From contig CAWGLD010000001.1 in NCBI GenBank assembly GCA_963823335.1, positions 864,001 through 928,000 of the forward strand: a DNA stretch of 64,000 nt. Reading direction: 5' to 3'. The DNA comes from an uncultured delta proteobacterium. Lineage in GTDB: Bacteria > Desulfobacterota > Desulfobacteria > Desulfobacterales > B30-G6. The position numbers were made by a program, and so were the translations under genes. Below the pieces are notes generated by a model. That model worked only from the letters and a program-made list of their open reading frames with translations, had not been told where the DNA came from and did not search any database. This document shows, in pieces, positions 42,005 through 52,391 of this stretch; the stretch's first letter is position 1, and each line of letters begins with the position of its first letter.

Positions 42005-42385
42005 GTGAATTTTTCCTTTCTTTGGTTTGATAGATTGTTTAACGATCGTTTATCCGCTTGGGTTTGTGAAAATACGCGAGTGAGATGGATCGAGTGTGTA
42101 CCGGAATAAAAAAACAGCCAGCCATGAGACGCTCCATGGGGAACGAGTACGACGAGTCATTCTTTTTTAGTCTACTTCAAATTTCGCGTACGTCTGATTT
42201 TAAATCCGATAACCTGGATTGTCAAGGAGAACCAATGATTCGGCCCATTCCCGAAATAATTATTTTTCCGGCGACAACAGCGTTGGCCTCTGACCTTCCA
42301 GGTAACGTCATACAGGGCTGCCATGAAACCGTCAATTAGACAATTTCTGATCTTTTTGTCGGGATTTTTCTTACAAACAGATGGC

Positions 42386-42530
42386 TCATGCTTCTACCAA
42401 CCTGTTTTGAATGGCAAATCGGGATAATTCAGCATTGTTTCTGAGCTTCAGCTTTTTCAATAGCCGCGGTCGATAGGTGTCGACTGTTTTGATGCTGATG
42501 TTGTAATTTTCTGCGATCTCACGATTTAAC
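42386..42530 (-). pseudogene. LuxR/NarL-type HTH fragment (response regulator remnant)
   Basis: 'NREIAENYNISIKTVDTYRPRLLKKLKLRNNAELSRFAIQNRLV' with no receiver domain or plausible start. Confidence 0.75.
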
Positions 42531-42555
42531 TGTATGTGATGGTTGGTTTTGGCGG

Positions 42556-44961
42556 TTACATGTCCAGCTTGAAAAAGTCTTCTGCTTCGGTAACCGTATC
42601 TGGCTTGCGGGTATATTCCGTGGGCACCGTGCCTTCTTTGAAACACTCGAATATGGTCTTTTTCGATTCCGGGATCGGCAGCAGCCCGGTCTCTGCATCG
42701 ATCTTGGCAAAGACAACACCTTCCGGCACTTGAAAAACCTTTATAGGCTGATCTTTCAGAATCTCCTGCATGAAACCGAGCCAGATAGGACTGGCGGTAC
42801 GGGCGCCTTGCTCACCTTCTCCCAGTGATTTCTCTTCGTCAAATCCGACCCAGACCCCGGTGATATAGCGCGGTGAATACCCCACAAACCAGGCATCATA
42901 AAGGTTGTTCGACGTACCTGTCTTGCCTGCCACCGGTCGCTTCAACGCCTTGACCCGCCTTCCGGTCCCGTTTTGGATAGCCCCTTCCAGGAGATTGGTT
43001 ATCAAGTAGGCGGTATTTTTCTCCAAGACTTTTTCTCTTACGGTGCTGGCCTCTTCGAGAATATTGCCATCACGGTCGACAATTTTTTGAATGAATACCG
43101 GTTGAACCAGATATCCCTGGTTGGCAAATACAGAATACGCATTCACCATCTCCAGCAGCGAAACACCGGACGACCCCAGGGCGATGGAAAGATCGTTGTT
43201 TAAATCTGAAGTGATGCCGAGTCTCCTGGCATAGGAGATACAATAGGACACGCCGATATCCTGTAATATTTTAATGGTGATTACGTTTCTGGATTCTTCC
43301 AGCGCCTCACGTAAAAGCGTGGGGCCATAAAATTTCTGGCCATAATTTCTCGGTTTCCACTTGAAATCCATTTCATCGTTCTGAAACACAATGGGCGAAT
43401 CGATGATGACAGAAGCCGGCGTATAACCCTTGTCCAGGGCTGCCGCATATATAACGGGCTTAAAGGCAGACCCGGGTTGCCTTCGGGACTGTACCGCCCG
43501 GTTGAACTGACTCTCCAGAAAATCCCTGCCGCCCACCATGACCTTGACATGGCCCGTTTCAGCTTCAATGCACAGCAAGCCTGCCTGTGCATCGGGTGTC
43601 TGCTCCAGAAAAAGGTGCCAGATGCCGGTTTCGGTGTCCAGCTCTCCGGGGCTTACCGAAATGACATCTCCCACACGAAAAACCTCGCTAGGTTTCCTGA
43701 CCTTCACGCGGAAATAGGCAATGTCAGAATCTGGTTTGCGTGCCCAGCGAATGTCTTCCAGCTGAATAATGCCCTGCTCTTTTCCCATCCGCACCCAAGT
43801 CTTGCCCTGGTCGTTGTCGACCTTGATGACAACACCTTCAGTGAGCATCCCCTGTGCCAGGGGCGTTTCTGCCAGTTTTTCTTCAATCGCAATGGAAAAG
43901 GCTTCGAATTCTTCCGGGGGAATCCGTTTGATGGGCCCGCGATAGCCCCGTCGGCGATCCAGGTCACGAAGTCCAATTTCAATCTCGGTACGGGCTTTTT
44001 TCTGCATTTCGATATTGACCGCTGTATAGACTTTCAAGCCCTGATTCAACAAGGCATCCGCGCCATACTGCGCTTCAATGTACCGCCGAACATGTTCGGT
44101 GTATTCCGGAACTTTCTCGATATACCAGTTCCGTCGGGGTTTGATATCCAGTTCGATGTTGATGGCTTCCGTTGCCTGGACACTTGAGACAAACTCCTCG
44201 TCAACCATCCGATTTAAAACATATATTTGTCGTTGCTTGGCCCGTTCCGGATGCCAGAAAGGTGAATACCGACTCGGGGCCTGGGGTAAGCCGGCCAAGA
44301 TGGCACATTCTGCCAGGTTTAACTCCTTGGCGGATTTTCCAAAATAATTTTCTGCTGCAGCTTGAACGCCATAGGCACCGTGTCCCAGGTAAATCTGGTT
44401 TAAATAAAGGTACAGAATATCTGCTTTAGAAAACGCTTTGTCGATACGATAGGCAAGGATCGCTTCCTTGATTTTTCGCTTATAGCTTCTTTCGGGTGTA
44501 AGAAAAAATGATTTGGTGACCTGCTGCGTAATGGTGCTTCCCCCCTGCACGATGGTTCCCGCCTCAAGATTTTTAAAAAATGCCCGCATGATACTGACGA
44601 AGTCAATCCCCTTGTGTTTAAAAAATCTGGCATCTTCAGCGGCAATAAAGGCATTCTTCAAGGTCTGAGGTATTTCAGACAAGGGGATAACGATTCTTCT
44701 TTCGGTATAAAATTCACCTATCTTACGATCGTCGTCTGAAAAAACTTCTGTGATCGTCGGTGGGCGGTATGCTGACAAAGAGGTGATTTTGGGCAGATCT
44801 TTGCTCAGATACAGGTAAAGACCGCCTGCAGCAATGACCACAGCAACCATGCACCCGACCAGGACCACCAGGGTCCACCGAAAAAGCCTTGAAATAAACG
44901 ATCTCTTTTTTTGGGGATGGTGATTCTTGGCTGGTGATAACTGTTCTGTGTCCGTCGTCAT
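42556..44961 (-). CDS. mrcA: Penicillin-binding protein 1A
   Basis: TM anchor; transglycosylase 'EDARF..H.G', 'GGSTITQQ'; transpeptidase 'GSAFK', 'SRN', 'KTG'. Confidence 0.93.
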   Translation of the reverse strand: MTTDTEQLSPAKNHHPQKKRSFISRLFRWTLVVLVGCMVAVVIAAGGLYLYLSKDLPKITSLSAYRPPTITEVFSDDDRKIGEFYTERRIVIPLSEIPQTLKNAFIAAEDARFFKHKGIDFVSIMRAFFKNLEAGTIVQGGSTITQQVTKSFFLTPERSYKRKIKEAILAYRIDKAFSKADILYLYLNQIYLGHGAYGVQAAAENYFGKSAKELNLAECAILAGLPQAPSRYSPFWHPERAKQRQIYVLNRMVDEEFVSSVQATEAINIELDIKPRRNWYIEKVPEYTEHVRRYIEAQYGADALLNQGLKVYTAVNIEMQKKARTEIEIGLRDLDRRRGYRGPIKRIPPEEFEAFSIAIEEKLAETPLAQGMLTEGVVIKVDNDQGKTWVRMGKEQGIIQLEDIRWARKPDSDIAYFRVKVRKPSEVFRVGDVISVSPGELDTETGIWHLFLEQTPDAQAGLLCIEAETGHVKVMVGGRDFLESQFNRAVQSRRQPGSAFKPVIYAAALDKGYTPASVIIDSPIVFQNDEMDFKWKPRNYGQKFYGPTLLREALEESRNVITIKILQDIGVSYCISYARRLGITSDLNNDLSIALGSSGVSLLEMVNAYSVFANQGYLVQPVFIQKIVDRDGNILEEASTVREKVLEKNTAYLITNLLEGAIQNGTGRRVKALKRPVAGKTGTSNNLYDAWFVGYSPRYITGVWVGFDEEKSLGEGEQGARTASPIWLGFMQEILKDQPIKVFQVPEGVVFAKIDAETGLLPIPESKKTIFECFKEGTVPTEYTRKPDTVTEAEDFFKLDM

Positions 44962-45066
44962 CTTGCTCCTGTTCAAATAGCATTTAATAAAAACATAGTA
45001 TTTACAATAGGTACTCCCATTAGACAACATAAAAAACAATTTGACTTTATTTTTCGGTGCCGTTAT

Positions 45067-45188
45067 TGAAGAACCTCGCAGCATGCGAAAGGAATTCCAT
45101 CTAAGTCAGCTTCGCTCGCTAACCCCGCGGCGTGCGAAGCACTGCCGCAGGCAGAACCCATGGGGAATGCGCTCGCTGTTCAGGTTCA
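45067..45188. repeat. tgaagaacc-family repeat, longest copy
   Basis: tgaagaacctcgcagc...cgctcgctaaccccgc...ggggaatgcgctcgctgttcaggttca. Confidence 0.7.
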
Positions 45189-45204
45189 AGCAGCATGCCT
45201 TTAG

Positions 45205-45396
45205 AAGCAATCTCAAAAATAGGATTTTTGTTCCCCGCAAAAAGAGCGGGATCTTCGTCAAAGTCAAGGCGGTACCGAGTTTCAACCTTCAGGCGCCCGC
45301 AGGATGTGCCCCTGGGGTGAATACTGCAGTATTTTGAGAACTTGAAACGAAAGTACAACACAGAATTTGGGCTAAAAGACATTTTTGAGATGACTT
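45205..45396. mobile_element. MITE-like non-coding element with terminal inverted repeats
   Basis: aagcaatctcaaaaat (45205-45220) and atttttgagatgactt (45381-45396) match 14/16; no transposase. Confidence 0.55.
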
Positions 45397-45494
45397 ATCG
45401 TTAGGCCGATTCCCTATAGAGATGATCTGCAATCGCTTGCAGATAGACAATGGTCTGCTCCCGGCGAAAGACAACAATACCAAAGCAGGAAAAA

Positions 45495-45872
45495 ATGAAC
45501 AAACTCGATTTTCAGAAAACCGGTGGTCTGATACCTGCCATCGTCCAGGATGCTGATACAGGAGATGTCCTCATGATGGCTTATATGAACCCAGAGGCCT
45601 GGGAAGCGACACAAGCGACACGCAAAGCCACTTTCTGGAGTCGCAGTCGACAGGAGCTCTGGGTCAAGGGTCTGACCTCCGGAAATGTTCAGCATGTAAA
45701 AGAAATCTACATTGACTGTGATAACGATGCGGTCCTCCTGAAAGTGAAACAGGCAGGAGGGGCGGCCTGCCATACCGGCCATAAGAGCTGTTTTTTCAAA
45801 CGGGTCGAAGGCGAAACCATCCAGATTGTCGGCGAACCCGTATTCGACCCGAAGGAGGTCTACAAGTTATGA
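45495..45872 (+). CDS. hisI: Phosphoribosyl-AMP cyclohydrolase
   Basis: '[16 protein letters not shown]', 'DCDND', 'ACHTG..SCF'. Confidence 0.96.
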   Translation: MNKLDFQKTGGLIPAIVQDADTGDVLMMAYMNPEAWEATQATRKATFWSRSRQELWVKGLTSGNVQHVKEIYIDCDNDAVLLKVKQAGGAACHTGHKSCFFKRVEGETIQIVGEPVFDPKEVYKL

Positions 45873-46744
45873 TGTCACCACTGAAACTCGGTATCCCCAA
45901 AGGGAGCCTTCAGAATTCAACCATTGCATTGTTCAAGCGATCGGGATGGACCATCAATGTGAACGGCAGAAGCTATTTTCCCGAAATTGATGACGACAGA
46001 ATTGAATGTGCCATCTGCCGGGCACAGGAAATGTCGCGTTACGTTGAAAACGGAACCCTTGAAGCAGGTCTCACCGGTAAAGACTGGATCGCTGAAAACA
46101 CTTCCGATGTACATGTCGTCACCGATCTCGTCTATTCAAAAGTCAGTTCCCGTCCAGCAAGATGGGTGCTGGCCGTCCCGTTTGACTCGGGTATTCGTTC
46201 CCTTGAGGATTTGAACGGCAAAAAAATAGCCACTGAGTTGACAGGCTTCACCCAACGCTATTTCGCCGAAAAGGGAATCGATGTAACAGTAGAATTTTCC
46301 TGGGGCGCAACCGAGGCAAAGGTCGTATCCGGTCTGGCAGATGCCGTTGTCGAGGTCACAGAGACAGGCAGCACCATCAAAGCCCACGGCTTAAGAATCA
46401 TTCATGAGCTGATGCAGACCAATACCCAGCTGATCGCCAACCGGGAAATCTGGAAAGATAAATCCAAAAGAAAAATAATCGAGCAGATCGCGCTGCTGCT
46501 GAAAGGCGCTCTGCGTGGTGAAAAGCTGGTGGGTCTGAAAATGAATGTTTCCGAAGATCACCTGAAGAAGATTATTGCACTGCTGCCAAGCCTGAATGCA
46601 CCAACCATTGCACCGTTGTACGAGACAAGCTGGTTTTCCTTGGAAACGGTCGTCGATATCAGCGTGGTGAGAGATTTGATTCCGGTACTCCTGAAAGCAG
46701 GGGCCGAAGGCATCATTGAATACCCCTTGAACAAGGTCGTCTAA
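45869..46744 (+). CDS. hisG: ATP phosphoribosyltransferase (long form)
   Basis: 'GIPKGSL', 'RAQE', 'GLTGKDW', 'GATE', 'ETGST'; C-terminal regulatory domain. Confidence 0.95.
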   Translation: MMSPLKLGIPKGSLQNSTIALFKRSGWTINVNGRSYFPEIDDDRIECAICRAQEMSRYVENGTLEAGLTGKDWIAENTSDVHVVTDLVYSKVSSRPARWVLAVPFDSGIRSLEDLNGKKIATELTGFTQRYFAEKGIDVTVEFSWGATEAKVVSGLADAVVEVTETGSTIKAHGLRIIHELMQTNTQLIANREIWKDKSKRKIIEQIALLLKGALRGEKLVGLKMNVSEDHLKKIIALLPSLNAPTIAPLYETSWFSLETVVDISVVRDLIPVLLKAGAEGIIEYPLNKVV

Positions 46745-46749
46745 ACACT

Positions 46750-47349
46750 ATGTTGATTAAATCCGCTCAATTCGTTACCAGTGCTGTCAAACCATCTCAG
46801 TACCCGGAGCCCTCTTTTCCGGAAGTGGCCTTTGCCGGACGCTCGAATGTCGGCAAATCATCCCTGTTGAACGTACTGGTCAACCGAAAAAGTCTGGTCA
46901 AGACCAGCAAAACACCCGGCCGTACGCAGCTGATCAATTTTTTCCTGGTGAATCAGGCGATTTCCCTGGTAGACTTGCCTGGGTATGGCTATGCCAAGGT
47001 TCCCACCGCCGTCAAACGCACCTGGGGTCCCATGATCGAGACCTACCTTTCCGAAAGGAAACCATTGACAAGTGTGGTTTTAATCATGGATATCAGGCGG
47101 TTACCGAAAGAATATGAGCTCAACTTCCTTGACTGGCTCTCCCAGCAACGCCTGCCCTGCATTCCCGTCCTCACCAAGGCGGACAAACTTTCCAAAACCC
47201 GCCAGATGAAACAGCGGTTTTCTATTGCGAAACTGCTTGGCATGGGTCCTGATCAACTTATCCTCTTTTCTGCCAAGAACCGATCGGGCATCCTAGAGGT
47301 CTGGCATGCCATTGAGCACCATCTGATAGGTGGAGAAACAGGATCATGA
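46750..47349 (+). CDS. engB: Ribosome biogenesis GTPase YihA/YsxC
   Basis: 'GRSNVGKSS', 'PGRT', 'DLPGYG', 'TKAD'. Confidence 0.95.
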   Translation: MLIKSAQFVTSAVKPSQYPEPSFPEVAFAGRSNVGKSSLLNVLVNRKSLVKTSKTPGRTQLINFFLVNQAISLVDLPGYGYAKVPTAVKRTWGPMIETYLSERKPLTSVVLIMDIRRLPKEYELNFLDWLSQQRLPCIPVLTKADKLSKTRQMKQRFSIAKLLGMGPDQLILFSAKNRSGILEVWHAIEHHLIGGETGS

Positions 47350-48248
47350 CCAAAATGGAACCAATTGATTTCAAGTCTGGTTTTGTCGCCATTATCGGTG
47401 CACCCAATGTCGGCAAGTCAACCCTGCTCAACAAAATGCTGGGGCAAAAACTGTCCATCACTTCAAAAAAGCCCCAGACAACCCGAAATCGCATCCTAGG
47501 TATCGCCAATAAACCCTCTGCCCAGTATATCTTTCTGGACACACCGGGTGTTCACCAGTCAAAAAGCCCTCTCAATCTGAGGATTGTGGAGGTGGCCCTG
47601 GCAACCCTCGGGGACTCCGACCTGATTCTCATGCTCGTGGACGCATCCAGACCCGATCCCACGTCAGAAGGCCTTCTGCTTCAGGCCCTTAAAAATCAGG
47701 CAAATCCAGTGGTGCTAGCCATCAACAAAACAGATCTGGTTAAAAAACCCGTGCTTTTAGGACAAATCGATAGCTGGCATAAGGCCTATCCCTTCCAGGC
47801 AATCATCCCCATTTCAGCCAAAACAGAAGATCAGGTGGATGCCCTGTTTTCTGCCATGGCCACATTGCTGCCTCCGGGCCCGCCACTATTTCCTGAATCG
47901 TTGATGACCGACATGCCGGTGCGCTTCCTGGCCGCTGAAATGATTCGGGAAAAGGCCTTTCGAATGACTGGACAGGAACTCCCCTATGCCGTTGCCGTTA
48001 CAATCGATGCCTTCAAAGAAGAAAAAAACGGCCGCTTGACTTCTATCGAGGCAACCATCCATGTTGAACGGGATTCCCAAAAAGGCGTTATCATAGGTAA
48101 AAAAGGCTCTAAACTCAAACAGATCGGAGAGGCAGCCCGCAAGGAAATCGAACTGATGCTGGCAAGCAAAGTTTTTTTAAAGCTGTTTGTGCGGGTTCAA
48201 AAAAACTGGACCCGGGATACCAAGGCTCTACGTCGCTTCGGCTACTAA
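47346..48248 (+). CDS. era: GTPase Era
   Basis: 'GAPNVGKST', 'QTTR', 'DTPG', 'NKTD'; KH domain 'IIGKKG'. Confidence 0.96.
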   Translation: MTKMEPIDFKSGFVAIIGAPNVGKSTLLNKMLGQKLSITSKKPQTTRNRILGIANKPSAQYIFLDTPGVHQSKSPLNLRIVEVALATLGDSDLILMLVDASRPDPTSEGLLLQALKNQANPVVLAINKTDLVKKPVLLGQIDSWHKAYPFQAIIPISAKTEDQVDALFSAMATLLPPGPPLFPESLMTDMPVRFLAAEMIREKAFRMTGQELPYAVAVTIDAFKEEKNGRLTSIEATIHVERDSQKGVIIGKKGSKLKQIGEAARKEIELMLASKVFLKLFVRVQKNWTRDTKALRRFGY

Positions 48249-48321
48249 TCCGAATATTTCATGAAACGTTGCAAGTTTCACCCTCCTGTCTCGCTCTTCG
48301 AGTTTTCATTCTATGTGCTTG

Positions 48322-49599
48322 TCAGAATGACTGGCCACGGGAGGATCGCATCCCTTTAAGGATGCCCTGGATGATGAGTCCCATGAAGGTGATGCCGGCC
48401 GCCACTACAAACGAGATCTGATAGGCCGTTGTTTCTGCATAATTTTTCTGAATCATCTGGTCCACGATTGGCCCGGCAATAAAAGTACCTGCCAGCCCCC
48501 AGCTCAAAAAGAATGTGGCATTGAACAGGGCGAACAACCGACCCCGTTTTTCCGGCGGAATCAGGACAGATGCCATGGTGTATGATGTTGCCATGATGAT
48601 CACATCGGCAAACCCTCTCAAAAAGCTACAAAAATAAATCAGTGGCAGCCAGGTCGTTTTTGCGAGCACCAGCAGCGCAACAATACCGACGGCGGTGCTG
48701 GCCATCAGTGACACATCATCGCCTATCCTGCGGCTCATCCATCCGGTTGTCCATCCCAGAAGGATCATGGCGGCAGACTGGGTGTTGAAAATATATCCCA
48801 GTTCGCGGCTGCCCACGTCGATACCCGTCGGCAACGTCAGGTATTGGGCCAGGATAATGGCCACGGAATTGCGACCAAAGTTGATAAAAACCATGCCCAC
48901 CAGAAACAAGGTAAAAAAGAGCGTCGTGGCGGTATTGGCCCCGGCAATAGGAAGCACATCTTCTTTTTTTCCGGGCGGTTTTGTACCGCCTTCCGGCAGC
49001 AGAAACAACGGGAGGGTCGATATCCACATGGCGGCCGAAGCCACAAAAAACAAGCTCCCCTCATGGAAACCCCAGCCTTCGAAATGAATTCCCATGCCAT
49101 CATACAGCAGGCCGCCCACCCAGACTCCCGCCATTCTGCCCAGCCCGCCCATGCTGGTGAGCCTCCCCAGCATACGGCTCCTGTCCTTATCGGTGTAGAT
49201 ATCTGAAATCAGGGCACTCCAGGCAATGTTTGACATGGACCAGAAAATTTCGACCACGGACAGACCCACAACGATAGCATACCCCGCCGCTGCAGGGTGG
49301 GCAAATTTTCGGTGCACATACCACACCAGAAGGGTACCGATACCTGCCAATATTTCACCGATAACAATTAGTGTCCGTCGCAGTTGAAATCGGTCGGAAA
49401 TGCGTCCCCAGATAAAAGTCTGGCACACTATATTCACGATCATGGGCAAGGTCGCGAAGAGAGTCGTCTCTGTTACGCTCAGACCGAGATAATGCCGCAG
49501 ATAAATGGAGAGATAGGCATAAAAAAGACCCCGTCGAAACATGGCCAGCATTTCAAAAGATGAAAGGCCAAAAAATTTCTTATGGCTTGGCAGATTCAA
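48322..49599 (-). CDS. MFS transporter
   Basis: About 12 TM segments; 'WGRISDRFQLRR' motif A-like; 'EKRGR'. Confidence 0.85.
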   Translation of the reverse strand: MNLPSHKKFFGLSSFEMLAMFRRGLFYAYLSIYLRHYLGLSVTETTLFATLPMIVNIVCQTFIWGRISDRFQLRRTLIVIGEILAGIGTLLVWYVHRKFAHPAAAGYAIVVGLSVVEIFWSMSNIAWSALISDIYTDKDRSRMLGRLTSMGGLGRMAGVWVGGLLYDGMGIHFEGWGFHEGSLFFVASAAMWISTLPLFLLPEGGTKPPGKKEDVLPIAGANTATTLFFTLFLVGMVFINFGRNSVAIILAQYLTLPTGIDVGSRELGYIFNTQSAAMILLGWTTGWMSRRIGDDVSLMASTAVGIVALLVLAKTTWLPLIYFCSFLRGFADVIIMATSYTMASVLIPPEKRGRLFALFNATFFLSWGLAGTFIAGPIVDQMIQKNYAETTAYQISFVVAAGITFMGLIIQGILKGMRSSRGQSF

Positions 49600-50379
49600 T
49601 CAGCGTTCTTTCCACTGGGCAATTCGTTTTTCCAAAAACGAACTGATACCTTCCTTGGCATCGTCAGTGCTGCAAAGTCTTGCAAATGCCTCGTTCATGT
49701 ATTCGAAGGATTTATAATAATCAAGATCGGCAGCAGAATAGAATGCTTTTTTAGCGATCTGTACGGCAATGGGGCTTTTCTTTGCTAAAATTTTTGCCCA
49801 GGCCCGCGTCTCGGTCTCAAGATCCTCTTTGGGGACAATTCGGTTAACAAGCCCCATGGCCATGGCCCTATCGGCTTTGATCAACTCTCCGAAAAGCAGG
49901 AGCTCCAGGGCCCTCTTTCGGCCAACAGACCGTGAGACAGGCACCACCGGTCCCACGCAGTTCAGCCCGACATTGATAGCCGTCAATCCCAGGCGGGCGT
50001 TTTCCGCCATAACAGCCAGGTCGGAAGCTGCCACAAGACCGGCGCCATTGGCTGCCGCCACACCCTGAACCTGGGCGATGACCGGTTTGCTGATACGGCT
50101 GATGGTTATCAAAGGATTCTCCATACGTTCCACCCAGGATCGGTATTCCATGGTATTTTTTTCGAAAAATTCACTGACATCGATTCCGGCACAGAAAGCT
50201 TTACCCGCGCCCTTCAGAATAATGACCCTTACGGTACGTTCCTTGTCCAGATCATGGAAAGCCTGGTCCAGTTCCAGTGCCATGGGCGAGTTAAACGTAT
50301 TCAGGTGCTCAGGCCGGTTGAGAGTGATCACACCGACAAAATCATCCCCGATGGTAACCGTAAGATTCTGATAATTCAT
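49600..50379 (-). CDS. Enoyl-CoA hydratase/isomerase family protein
   Basis: 'ITLNRP', 'FCAGID', 'KPVIAQV.G', 'GLVNRIV', 'KEGI..FLEKR'. Confidence 0.9.
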   Translation of the reverse strand: MNYQNLTVTIGDDFVGVITLNRPEHLNTFNSPMALELDQAFHDLDKERTVRVIILKGAGKAFCAGIDVSEFFEKNTMEYRSWVERMENPLITISRISKPVIAQVQGVAAANGAGLVAASDLAVMAENARLGLTAINVGLNCVGPVVPVSRSVGRKRALELLLFGELIKADRAMAMGLVNRIVPKEDLETETRAWAKILAKKSPIAVQIAKKAFYSAADLDYYKSFEYMNEAFARLCSTDDAKEGISSFLEKRIAQWKER

Positions 50380-50657
50380 CTATTTCTCCTTTTCTTGCGC
50401 TGCTTCGGCTGCGGTCATACATTGACGAACAACCCCTATCGGCAGGATAGTATGGGGTTGTCAAACAAACCGTTGCTCGATTAAAATATTTGACACCTCC
50501 CTATTGCGGATTACCTCTTTACAGGATATAGCATTATGAAAAAGCAGTTCAATGTGGCAACAATTTACACAACCGAATGGTAGTTCTTTACATAGCAAGC
50601 CAGATGACATACGATGCATCGAATTAATATCATTATGAAAAACTAAATTCCCGTTTC

Positions 50658-50673
50658 TGGCATCAAAGTTGCT
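50658..50673 (+). promoter_or_regulatory. Sigma54 (-24/-12) promoter upstream of the lytic transglycosylase gene
   Basis: TGGCAtcaaagTTGCt with exact GG-N10-GC spacing. Confidence 0.6.
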
Positions 50674-50739
50674 GATGTTGTATAGAGATGGTCAACAACA
50701 AAAAACCTTATACTATTTGATCACACTTGCGTGTAGCAT

Positions 50740-51372
50740 ATGAATACCCTAAAAACCATACTGACCATATTATTTGCTTTCAGCATTCTTTCCATTCCGA
50801 AAGCTATCAGCAGTCAGCAAAGCGCCATTCTGATGCTCGTGGACAAATCGATACCAACGGCATCGCTGCCGGTACCTTCAAAGATCGCCTATCCTGTGGG
50901 CCATAACAAAAGCCTCTCTCAGATAGGCAGTAGGGTGTCCGTTTATCTGAGTGCCCCCCATCTGCTTTATAACACTATCATCGAAACAACTGCAGCACGA
51001 CACAAAATCGATCCGGCACTCGTCAAAGCCGTCATCATGGCCGAATCACGCTATAACCACCGTGCTGTCTCAAAAAAAGGGGCCGGCGGTTTGATGCAAT
51101 TGATGCCCCGCACCGCCAAGTCGCTTGGCGTCCAGGACATATTCGATCCCGAAGATAACATCATGGGGGGGGTACGCTATCTCAAGAAACTGCTCAACCG
51201 CTTCGGGGGAGATACCAGGCTGGCCCTGGCTGCCTACAATGCCGGCAGTCGCCATGTCAGGCATTACAATGGCATCCCTCCATTTCTTCAAACCAGGACC
51301 TTCATAAAGAACGTCTTGAAATACCAACAAATGTATAAAACAAACGTCCTCCAGAGAAGCAAGCTCGTCTGA
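50740..51372 (+). CDS. Lytic transglycosylase (SLT domain)
   Basis: Signal peptide; 'AVIMAES', 'GAGGLMQLMP.TA', 'ALAAYNAG'. Confidence 0.9.
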   Translation: MNTLKTILTILFAFSILSIPKAISSQQSAILMLVDKSIPTASLPVPSKIAYPVGHNKSLSQIGSRVSVYLSAPHLLYNTIIETTAARHKIDPALVKAVIMAESRYNHRAVSKKGAGGLMQLMPRTAKSLGVQDIFDPEDNIMGGVRYLKKLLNRFGGDTRLALAAYNAGSRHVRHYNGIPPFLQTRTFIKNVLKYQQMYKTNVLQRSKLV

Positions 51373-51454
51373 CACCATCCCGGGTCTGGCCTTCTAGTAC
51401 GGCAATGGTAAAGACCTGCTGATGAACAGACAGGAATTGCCCGCCGAACCCGGT

Positions 51455-52345
51455 TCAAATCGATACGGCCGCTTTCGTCGAATCTGACAGCAGAACGCTA
51501 TTCAGGACAACCGCCATGAGGCCATGATTGTTTCCCTGATCAACCACACGAACGCGTGTCAAGACAGAATGATGATCCATACGTAGCACCTCTGCTGTGG
51601 TTAGAAAGGGACCCGTTATTCCCGGTGACATGTAGTGAATGACCAGATCCTGCGTCTGTCCAGGCTTTCCTGTGGCTTCCCGGGCGGCAGCTATTCCTGC
51701 CAGGTCTGCCAGAAAAGCCGTCATACCACCCTGGAGGGAGCCGAGGCTGTTGCGGACATAATCATTCATTTTCAGAACAAGCTTCCCTGCTGCGCGATCG
51801 AGAATTCGAATACCGGCTTTTTGGATAAAAGGCTTGTCCAGACCCGTTCCCTTCAGTGAAAATCGAACGGCTTCACGGGGATTGTCCGTGGTCTTCATCC
51901 GCAAGTTTGTTTTGTTTCCCGGCAACCGGGAATAAGTTATCATGGCATAACCCGCCGGGGTCTTCTTTTGGGGGGCACCCGTTTCTTCTGCCTGGATGTC
52001 AACACCGATAACAACGGAAGTGCGTCCGGCACGCAGAACGTGACCCTCAGCTGATACCGGTCCGGACAGCACCTGGCGGGTGGTATGGATTGACAGGTTC
52101 GATGTTGAAATCCAGTCCGGCGAGACGGCGGGAATAGCAACGACACCCCCCAGTACATCCACCAGTGCCGCCAGCAAGCCCACATAGAAAACACCCTTTT
52201 CCGAACAGACCTCGGGAACCACCGGTGCCCGGATGATGGCACCATCCATTGTGCTTGTTACCACTTCTATACAGAGATCCCTAAGCATATGGTTCTGGGG
52301 TGGATAGGTGCTATCCAAAAAATGTTTGAACGTCGTCTCTACCAT
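51455..52345 (-). CDS. Double hotdog PaaI-like thioesterase
   Basis: Two hotdog repeats: 'G.LAALVD' and 'NSLGSLQGG..AFLAD'. Confidence 0.75.
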   Translation of the reverse strand: MVETTFKHFLDSTYPPQNHMLRDLCIEVVTSTMDGAIIRAPVVPEVCSEKGVFYVGLLAALVDVLGGVVAIPAVSPDWISTSNLSIHTTRQVLSGPVSAEGHVLRAGRTSVVIGVDIQAEETGAPQKKTPAGYAMITYSRLPGNKTNLRMKTTDNPREAVRFSLKGTGLDKPFIQKAGIRILDRAAGKLVLKMNDYVRNSLGSLQGGMTAFLADLAGIAAAREATGKPGQTQDLVIHYMSPGITGPFLTTAEVLRMDHHSVLTRVRVVDQGNNHGLMAVVLNSVLLSDSTKAAVSI

Positions 52346-52391
52346 TTAGATCGTCTGTGTCTCTCCATAAAAAGGTTATACGAAACAGGCA

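Noticed and set aside
45230-45340. Possible 6S, SRP or tRNA-Sec gene
   Set aside because: No SRP GGAAGGAAGCAG loop, no cloverleaf or T-loop; the segment lies inside an element with terminal inverted repeats.
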